From: an uncultured Eubacteriales bacterium
GTDB taxonomy: Bacteria; Bacillota; Clostridia; TANB77; RGIG9151
Length of the DNA stretch: 25,045 nt
Direction: 5' to 3'
Assembly: GCA_964475435.1 (NCBI GenBank)
Contig: CAYYWT010000006.1
Span: 1 to 25,045, forward strand
Of the stretch, positions 1 to 6,881 are shown one piece after another. Position 1 is the first letter of the stretch; every line of letters starts with the position of its first letter. Position numbers and translations under genes: made by a program. A model generated the notes under the pieces. It saw nothing but the letters and a program-made list of their open reading frames with translations. It was not told where the DNA came from and searched no databases.

Positions 1-64
1 CCCATACCGCTGTTTGAGATAACAATGTATGGTCTACCATATTACAAATTTCATTATTGTTCAT
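1..64 (-). CDS. First 21 codons of a gene running off the left edge; N-terminus resembles the DeoC/deoxyribose-phosphate aldolase family
   Basis: Minus-strand ATG at 62-64, preceded by SD GAGGAGG (plus 73-79) with an 8-nt spacer. Translation is MNNNEICNMVDHTLLSQTAVW, and the (I/V)DHTLL motif is typical of DeoC N-termini. Only 21 aa are visible. Confidence 0.35.
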   Translation of the reverse strand, partial: MNNNEICNMVDHTLLSQTAVW

Positions 65-280
65 TATATGTACCTCCTCAAAATACTTTACAAACCGACT
101 GGTGACTCATTTCTTTCTGCTTTATGCATTAATACCACCAACTATCTTTCTTAATTTTTTTTAATTCATTTGTACCTTTTTCAAACATCTGCGTTAAATC
201 ACATAATTTCCTTCTATGTAATAATCGGTTCATATCAATTATCTTCCCTGTATTTTCGTTTTTTTCTTAAGGTACATATT

Positions 281-1642
281 TTATTTATCAACAATTTCCT
301 TTAATTCCAAGTACGAAACAACTTCCACATGAAAGCTCCACGGGAACATATCGCACGGTTGCACACACTTCACCTCGTATCCTTCCATCATCTCTACATC
401 TCTAGCAAGCGTACCCGGATTACAACTAACATATACAACCTTCTTCGGTTTCATCTTTAAAATCGTATCAATCAAAAGCTTGTCACATCCGCTTCTTGGC
501 GGGTCAACAACCACAATATCCGCTCTAATTCCATCTTCGTAAAGTTTAGGTACAACTACTTCCGCTTTGCCACAATAAAATAATGCATTAGTAATACCAT
601 TTTCTTTAGCATTTTCCTTTGCGTTTTGAACCGCAGGTTTCACAACTTCAACGCCATACACTCTTTTCGCCTTTTTAGCCAAAAACAACGAAATACTACC
701 AATTCCGCAATACAAATCAAAAACAGTTTCATTACCCGTAAGCCCGGCAAATTCAAGTACCTTTGAATACAAAACTTCCGTTTGTCTAGCGTTAACTTGA
801 AAAAAAGAATTTGGAGAAATATTAAACACAAATTCCCCAATATAATCTTTTATTGTATCCTTACCATATAATCTTATATTTTTTTCTCCCAAAATAACAT
901 TTGTATTTTTATCATTTATATTTTGCATAATAGACTTAACTCTATTACACTTATCTAAAACATACTCAACAAACCTATCCTTTTGCGGAAAATCTTCACC
1001 GTTTGTAACCAAAATAAGCATAATCTCCCCGGACTTTTCCGAATTCCTTATTACGACATGTCTCATAAAACCAGTTCTCGTATTCTCATCATATGCCGAT
1101 ACTTTATTGTCTCTAAAAAACTCCCTAACATTGTTAATCAACTTATTAGCAATCCTGGACTGAATAGAACAATCTGTCACAGGAACTATGTTATGAGTAC
1201 GTCCCGCATAAAATCCCGTTACCACACGACCATCTTTCATTCCAACAGGAAACTGAACCTTATTTCTATACGCGTAAGGTTCTTCCATTCCTAAAGTTTC
1301 TTCAACTTCAACATCTCTATGACCGATTCGCTTAAACGAATCTTTTACCACTTTACGCTTAAATTCAAGAGTCGCAGGATAAGACATATGAAGTAAACTG
1401 CATCCACCGCATTTCTTAAAATTTTCGCAACTAACCGGACGTCTATTTCCGGATGCCTCTATAATTTCAAGTAATTTACCATAAGCAAAATTCTTTGTGA
1501 CTTTTACAATTCTTATTTTTACAGTTTCACCTGTAATAGCCCCATCAACAAACACGGCAAACCCATCAATTTTAGCCACACCGGCTCCCTCATGCGTCAT
1601 ATCCAATATGTTCGTTACATACTCTCTGTTTTTTTCAATCAT
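281..1642 (-). CDS. rlmD: 23S rRNA (uracil-C5)-methyltransferase, RumA/RlmD (RlmCD) family
   Basis: N-terminal TRAM-like domain, Fe-S cysteine cluster (CENFKKCGGCSLLHM plus a later Cys), SAM-binding DLYCGIGS motif and C-terminal VYVSCNP catalytic motif. Start moved to ATG 1642 (MIEKNREY...), which sits 7 nt after GAGGAG. The ORF-track start at 1657 is a TTG lying inside the rqcP stop region. Confidence 0.9.
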   Translation of the reverse strand: MIEKNREYVTNILDMTHEGAGVAKIDGFAVFVDGAITGETVKIRIVKVTKNFAYGKLLEIIEASGNRRPVSCENFKKCGGCSLLHMSYPATLEFKRKVVKDSFKRIGHRDVEVEETLGMEEPYAYRNKVQFPVGMKDGRVVTGFYAGRTHNIVPVTDCSIQSRIANKLINNVREFFRDNKVSAYDENTRTGFMRHVVIRNSEKSGEIMLILVTNGEDFPQKDRFVEYVLDKCNRVKSIMQNINDKNTNVILGEKNIRLYGKDTIKDYIGEFVFNISPNSFFQVNARQTEVLYSKVLEFAGLTGNETVFDLYCGIGSISLFLAKKAKRVYGVEVVKPAVQNAKENAKENGITNALFYCGKAEVVVPKLYEDGIRADIVVVDPPRSGCDKLLIDTILKMKPKKVVYVSCNPGTLARDVEMMEGYEVKCVQPCDMFPWSFHVEVVSYLELKEIVDK

Positions 1643-1646
1643 TTCT

Positions 1647-1892
1647 CTACTCCTCAATTAATTTAACCATATTCTCAGCATCTTCTTTTTTTATACTGTG
1701 AGTCAAGTTTAAAACCTCAAATTTCGCCCAATTTTCGCCAAACTTAATTTCAATCAAATCTCCAACCTTAACTTCTGAAAAAGCCTTCGCAACTTTATCA
1801 TTAATTTTAACACGTCCCAAATCACACGCTTCATTTGCAACACTTCTTCTTTTTATAACCCTTGAAACTTTTAAAAATTTATCTAATCTCAT
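1647..1892 (-). CDS. rqcP: S4-domain RNA-binding protein, RqcP/YabO (Hsp15-like ribosome quality control factor)
   Basis: MRLDKFLKVSRVIKRRSVANEACDLGRVKINDKVAK... closely resembles B. subtilis YabO as I remember it. Start set at ATG 1892, preceded by GGAGGAAA. The upstream 21 codons of the ORF-track call overlap the preceding gene and have no SD. Confidence 0.85.
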   Translation of the reverse strand: MRLDKFLKVSRVIKRRSVANEACDLGRVKINDKVAKAFSEVKVGDLIEIKFGENWAKFEVLNLTHSIKKEDAENMVKLIEE

Positions 1893-1905
1893 AATTTCCT
1901 CCACA

Positions 1906-3537
1906 TCATTCCGTAATTGTATAATTACTGCTTGTTTGAGCCATAGAGCCGGCATAAATAGATATAGCAGTATACAACTGAGTCATCTTATCCGCATTTT
2001 TAGTAGAAAAATCATTCCAATTCTTTACTATTTTATCTTTTTGGGCATTAATTTCATCATCAGTCGCAATAGAAGTATCAAATGCATTCTCTATGTTTTT
2101 TTGTTCAAATTCAGCTTTATCTAAAATGCTCAACTTTACATCAATATTATTTGTTGACATATCATCCGACGCAATCATACTATAATTGATTTTTTTCTCA
2201 TTCTTATCTATTATCCCCTCTAATACATATTCAAAATTCCCATTATCCGAAGTCATAATTATTTTTAATTTATCTTCTTTTGAACCGTCTAAAGTTAACA
2301 CAAGCGTATTCTTATACTCTTCTAAGAAATCGCCGGTTTCATAATTAATATAATTTACATCAATTGTATGTGTCCATATATCCTTTTCAGCCATATAAAC
2401 ATTATCTACATAACTCATAAGACCATTATTATACTCATAATATCTTTCCCTACCATCATCTATCATAACAAGCTTTAACACACTACTTGTATAGTTCATA
2501 TTATAAATTTCAGCCTTTACAATATTATTCCCTTCATAATAGAGTCTAATTATCATCCCATCTTCTTCACTAAATTCAAGTTTTTTAACTTCATCATAAA
2601 TATAAGTAATAGCCTCGACAAACTCTTCGCGAGTAAACGGCACAACTTCATATCCCATTTGAATACACATATTATCATAAGCATTAGAAAACTTTAGTAA
2701 AACATCTATGGCTTTATCCTCTTTTAAAAGTTGCTCCAACGCAAAAATTATACCATTATTCATTTCTAATGAATTCATCTTAAAATCAATATAATTAACA
2801 TCAATAGATTTATTATTATAATTTAGAGTATCCTTTCCTTTAGAAAAATCTTCTTTTCCAAAAGCTTTGGTAAACGCCTTTCCTACTCTTATCATAGCTT
2901 TACTCAAATCATTTTTTTCATTATCCGAAATCTTAAAATTTTCAATAATTTCTACTTGAGAAGTAAGCTTATCAGGTCCATTATAGCCAATCTTTTCCCA
3001 TAATTCCGAAAGTTTAGTATTATCCGCTGATATATATCCATCAGTTATCTTATCTACATTAACAAAAAAATCATCATTTTTTCTCAATAAATCAGCCAAG
3101 ATAAATTCTTCTCCATTTAGTATAATTTTAATATTTGAATCAAAATAATTATCTTTAGCCTCAGAATTTTCATAAGCTTGTAATTTTATACTGTTAAAAC
3201 CATTAAGCCACGCTAAAATTTCCTTATCTTCCGTTTCAACTTTAGCATCAACTTCAGTATTAATAGAAAGTTTATTATCCAAATTAGTATCTAAAATTCT
3301 TCCAAACACACTTTTTTGTACGCTTTCAACATATCCCGAAAGAACAGAAAACTCATTACCTATTAAGCTAAAATACTTATATTTTAACGTTGAGAACATA
3401 AATACCAATAAAACAATTATACTAAGAACTATTACTCCACCTAACGCTAAAAGTATAATCTTTAACTTACCATTCTTTTTAACTTGTTCTCCCTCCGAAA
3501 CCAAATTGTCGTTTTCATTAAACTCGTCCATTAACAT
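1906..3537 (-). CDS. Hypothetical membrane-anchored protein: short cytoplasmic N-tail, one TM helix, about 490-aa extracytoplasmic domain
   Basis: Long uninterrupted ORF. Start set at ATG 3537 (MLMDEFNEND...), directly after AGGAGG plus a 4-nt spacer. One hydrophobic helix (IILLALGGVIVLSIIVLLVFMF) follows a K-rich segment. I recognise no family motif. Confidence 0.75.
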   Translation of the reverse strand: MLMDEFNENDNLVSEGEQVKKNGKLKIILLALGGVIVLSIIVLLVFMFSTLKYKYFSLIGNEFSVLSGYVESVQKSVFGRILDTNLDNKLSINTEVDAKVETEDKEILAWLNGFNSIKLQAYENSEAKDNYFDSNIKIILNGEEFILADLLRKNDDFFVNVDKITDGYISADNTKLSELWEKIGYNGPDKLTSQVEIIENFKISDNEKNDLSKAMIRVGKAFTKAFGKEDFSKGKDTLNYNNKSIDVNYIDFKMNSLEMNNGIIFALEQLLKEDKAIDVLLKFSNAYDNMCIQMGYEVVPFTREEFVEAITYIYDEVKKLEFSEEDGMIIRLYYEGNNIVKAEIYNMNYTSSVLKLVMIDDGRERYYEYNNGLMSYVDNVYMAEKDIWTHTIDVNYINYETGDFLEEYKNTLVLTLDGSKEDKLKIIMTSDNGNFEYVLEGIIDKNEKKINYSMIASDDMSTNNIDVKLSILDKAEFEQKNIENAFDTSIATDDEINAQKDKIVKNWNDFSTKNADKMTQLYTAISIYAGSMAQTSSNYTITE

Positions 3538-3554
3538 ATTCCTCCTTTGAATTA

Positions 3555-3583
3555 TTGCTATAATTCCTTTCTTCTGATATAAT
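3555..3583 (+). promoter_or_regulatory. Sigma-A type promoter for mutS2 (TTGCTA-N17-TATAAT)
   Basis: -35 TTGCTA at 3555-3560, exact 17-nt spacer, consensus -10 TATAAT at 3578-3583, about 75 nt upstream of the mutS2 ATG in the divergent intergenic region. Confidence 0.6.
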
Positions 3584-3658
3584 TTCTGTGTACTAACATA
3601 AAATTCCTTTATATTTTTTATGAATTTTTTGTACACTTTAAAAGAAAGGAACTTAAAA

Positions 3659-6010
3659 ATGAATAAATATTTTAAAACACTTGAACTTGATAAAATAATA
3701 AATAAATTAGTTGAATTTGCTTCTACTCAATATGGTAGAGAGCTTTGCGAAAAAATTTCGCCTTGTTTTAATTTGTTAGAAATAAAAGAAAATTTATCCG
3801 AAACTGACGAAGCTGTAAAAATGATTCTACAATTCGGAGCTCCTGCTTTTTCATCTATTCACGACATAAGGAACGCTATAAAACGTGCTGAAATAAATTC
3901 TGTTTTATCGCCTGAAGAATTATTGAATATTGCTGACACTCTTCGTGGCTCAAAGGCTTTAAAAAAATATTACTCTCAATGTGAAGAAAATTTACCTATC
4001 CTTTCCTATATCTTTGAGAACTTATACTCAAATCCCTCTGTCGAAGATAATATTTACCACGCAATAGATAACGTAGACCATATATCTGACCACGCTTCTA
4101 CTGAACTTTTAAAAATACGTACACAAATAAAAAACGAAGAAGTAAAAATTCAAGAAAAACTAAACTCAATTATACGTGGTAATTCATATTCAAAATATCT
4201 TCAAGAAAATATTGTAACCCTAAGGAATGAAAGATATGTAATACCTGTAAAACAAGAATACAAGAGTAATGTTCCGGGACTTGTGCATGATTCTTCCTCC
4301 ACAGGCTCTACATTGTTCATCGAACCGCTTGCTATAGTTGAAGCTAACAATAAAATCCACGAATTATATATAGTAGAAAAAATAGAAATAGAAAAAATAT
4401 TAACCGAATTATCTCAAAAAATAACAGAAATAACTGACGAACTTAATTACCTTACAAAATCACTTTCAAAACTTGACTTCTATTTCGCAAAGGCTAAATT
4501 TGCCATTGATATAAATGGCTTTATGCCAAAATTAAATGAAAACGGATATATAAATTTAAAATCTGCCCGTCATCCTTTAATTGACAAAAATAAAGTTGTA
4601 CCAATTGACATTTTCCTTGGAAAAGATTTTAAAACATTAATTATAACAGGCCCTAACACAGGCGGTAAAACTGTTACATTAAAAACCATCGGACTACTTA
4701 CCTTAATGACTTACTCGGGCTTATTTATTCCTTGTCTTGAATCGTCTGAAATTGCTGTATTTGATAAAGTATTTGTTGACATTGGAGATGAGCAAAGTAT
4801 AGAACAAAGCCTAAGTACATTTTCATCTCATATGACAAACATAATAAAAATAACCAAAAATGTTAATTCAAATTCTCTTGTGTTAGTTGATGAACTCGGA
4901 TCCGGTACTGACCCGATTGAAGGATCTGCTCTGGCTATTTCGACTCTCGAATACTTATATAAAAAAGGAGCTTGCACCGTTGCCAGTACCCATTATAGCG
5001 AATTAAAAACTTATGCCCTAACGACTAAAGGAGTAAAAAACGCCTCTTGTGAATTTAACGTTGAAACGCTTAATCCAACATATAAGCTAATAATAGGTCT
5101 ACCCGGCAAAAGTAATGCTTTTGCAATTTCCCAAAAACTTGGGCTTGCAAAAGAAATTTTAGACAATGCAAAAAACTTCATAACACAAGAACAACAAAAT
5201 TTTGAAGATGTAATTTCAGAACTTCAAAAAGATAAACAAAAAATAGCTTTTGAAAAAGCCGAAAGCGAAAGACAGTTGAAAGAAATTTCAGAATTAAAAA
5301 AAGAACTTAGTGAAAGTAAAGAAAAACTAGAAATATATAAAAATAAAATAATTGAAAACGCACGTGCTGAGGCAACAGACATATTATTATCCGCTGAAGA
5401 AACTGCTAAAGAAAGTATTCGTGAAATAAAAGAAGCTAAAAAATCAAAAGAATTAGATGTTGCTAAAAAATTAGATAATGCAAGAAGTAAAATAAAGAAA
5501 CAATTATCCGAAACGTATAAAAAAAGTACTATCGAAGAAGATAATTACAAGCCATTTGATATAATTATCGGAATGACTGTGTATATTCCCTCTTTTGGTC
5601 AAGAAGCCTCTATACTATCTATGCCGGATAAAGACGGAAATGTATTTATCCAAGCCGGTATAATGAAATCTAAAATCAACATAAAGAAATTAAGACCGGT
5701 AAAAGAAGAAAAAACTACTGTTAACAATGTAAAAATATCAGTAAGTTCAGCAATAAAAGCTAAAGAAATATCTACCGAAATATCCTTACGTCATATGCAT
5801 GTAGAAGAAGCCTTATACGAACTAGATAAGTATATAAATGATGCACTTATTGCGAATTTAACTACAATACGGATAGTCCACGGAAAAGGCGAAGGAATTT
5901 TAAGAAAAGCAGTTAGCGAATACTTAAAGAATAGCCCTCACGTAAAAAGTTACCGACTCGGAAATTACGGAGAAGGCGATTTAGGAGTAACAATCGCAGA
6001 ATTAAAATAA
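3659..6010 (+). CDS. mutS2: Endonuclease MutS2 (RqcU), MutS-family ATPase with C-terminal Smr domain
   Basis: Walker A GPNTGGKTVTLK, DELGSGTDP Walker B region, a long coiled-coil, and a C-terminal Smr domain (LRHMHVEEAL...IVHGKGEGILR). Start set at ATG 3659 (MNKYFKTLELDKI, a typical MutS2 N-terminus) with AGGA 8 nt upstream. The upstream ATG at 3620 has no SD. Confidence 0.93.
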   Translation: MNKYFKTLELDKIINKLVEFASTQYGRELCEKISPCFNLLEIKENLSETDEAVKMILQFGAPAFSSIHDIRNAIKRAEINSVLSPEELLNIADTLRGSKALKKYYSQCEENLPILSYIFENLYSNPSVEDNIYHAIDNVDHISDHASTELLKIRTQIKNEEVKIQEKLNSIIRGNSYSKYLQENIVTLRNERYVIPVKQEYKSNVPGLVHDSSSTGSTLFIEPLAIVEANNKIHELYIVEKIEIEKILTELSQKITEITDELNYLTKSLSKLDFYFAKAKFAIDINGFMPKLNENGYINLKSARHPLIDKNKVVPIDIFLGKDFKTLIITGPNTGGKTVTLKTIGLLTLMTYSGLFIPCLESSEIAVFDKVFVDIGDEQSIEQSLSTFSSHMTNIIKITKNVNSNSLVLVDELGSGTDPIEGSALAISTLEYLYKKGACTVASTHYSELKTYALTTKGVKNASCEFNVETLNPTYKLIIGLPGKSNAFAISQKLGLAKEILDNAKNFITQEQQNFEDVISELQKDKQKIAFEKAESERQLKEISELKKELSESKEKLEIYKNKIIENARAEATDILLSAEETAKESIREIKEAKKSKELDVAKKLDNARSKIKKQLSETYKKSTIEEDNYKPFDIIIGMTVYIPSFGQEASILSMPDKDGNVFIQAGIMKSKINIKKLRPVKEEKTTVNNVKISVSSAIKAKEISTEISLRHMHVEEALYELDKYINDALIANLTTIRIVHGKGEGILRKAVSEYLKNSPHVKSYRLGNYGEGDLGVTIAELK

Positions 6011-6030
6011 CTCTTAAAAGGAGAAAATGT

Positions 6031-6870
6031 ATGATAACATTTACCATTTCCAAAAATCATAATAACCAAAAAATTCTAAAAGTTATAAATTTAATATACC
6101 CTCAAATTCCTTATTCTACTCTTCAAAAACTTTTAAGGAAAAAAGATATAAAAATAAACGGTAAAAGAATATCAGAAAATATAAATGTATTCTCAGATGA
6201 TATCGTAGAAATATATTGGAAAATGCCGGATGAATCAATAAATATCGTGTTTGAAGACGGCAATTTAATCGTAGTAAATAAACCTCAAGGAATAGAAGTA
6301 TTAAACTCCAAAGAAGATAAATCCTTACTTGAACTAGTACAAAAATACCTTCATACGGAAAATGTCTACCCTTGCCATAGATTAGATAGAAATACCGGTG
6401 GACTTGTACTTTTTGCAAAAAATAAAGAAACATTAAAAATAATTGAAGAAAAAATAAAATCTAAAGAAATAAGAAAATTCTATAAATGCCGAGTACTAGG
6501 GCATCTAAAGCAAAAATCCGCTACATTAAATGCATATTTATTTAAAGACAGTAAAAAAAGTTTGGTATATATAAATTCTGCTAAAAAAGAAGGCTATATG
6601 CCAATTACCACGAAGTATACCGTTATTTCAGAAGATAAAGAAACCAGTTACTTAGAAGTTGAACTGATAACGGGACGAACTCATCAAATTCGTGCTCATC
6701 TAGCTTTTATCGGTCATCCGATAATCGGAGACGGAAAATACGGTGATTATGAAATAAATAAAAAGTACGGTAAAAAGTTTCAAGAACTTTTCGCCTATAA
6801 AATTATTTTTGATTTTAAATCAGACGCTGATTTATTAAATTATTTAAAAGAAAAGGTAATATCAATTTGA
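6031..6870 (+). CDS. RluA-family pseudouridine synthase with N-terminal S4-like domain
   Basis: Catalytic-Asp motif HRLDRNTGGLVLFAK, GRTHQIRAHLA motif, N-terminal S4-like segment. AAGGAG lies 7 nt upstream of the ATG. The gene starts 20 nt after mutS2, so it is probably co-transcribed. Confidence 0.88.
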   Translation: MITFTISKNHNNQKILKVINLIYPQIPYSTLQKLLRKKDIKINGKRISENINVFSDDIVEIYWKMPDESINIVFEDGNLIVVNKPQGIEVLNSKEDKSLLELVQKYLHTENVYPCHRLDRNTGGLVLFAKNKETLKIIEEKIKSKEIRKFYKCRVLGHLKQKSATLNAYLFKDSKKSLVYINSAKKEGYMPITTKYTVISEDKETSYLEVELITGRTHQIRAHLAFIGHPIIGDGKYGDYEINKKYGKKFQELFAYKIIFDFKSDADLLNYLKEKVISI

Positions 6871-6881
6871 TATTACCTTTT
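6851..6881. terminator. Bidirectional intrinsic terminator hairpin spanning both stop codons of the convergent genes
   Basis: Perfect 14-bp inverted repeat AAAAGGTAATATCA (6851-6864), loop att, TGATATTACCTTTT (6868-6881). A T5 run follows on the plus strand and TTTTCTTTT follows on the minus strand. The two convergent stop codons (TGA 6868-6870, TAA 6873-6875) lie inside the 3' arm. The stem is AT-rich, so its strength is uncertain. Confidence 0.55.

Noticed and set aside
129-233. 34-codon minus-strand ORF (MNRLLHRRKLCDLTQMFEKGTNELKKIKKDSWWY) in the rlmD to deoC-like gap
   Set aside because: It has only a weak SD-like GGGAAG, no recognisable motif, and a length well within chance for an AT-rich spacer. 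It cannot be supported without conservation or expression data. Check it by tblastn against relatives.
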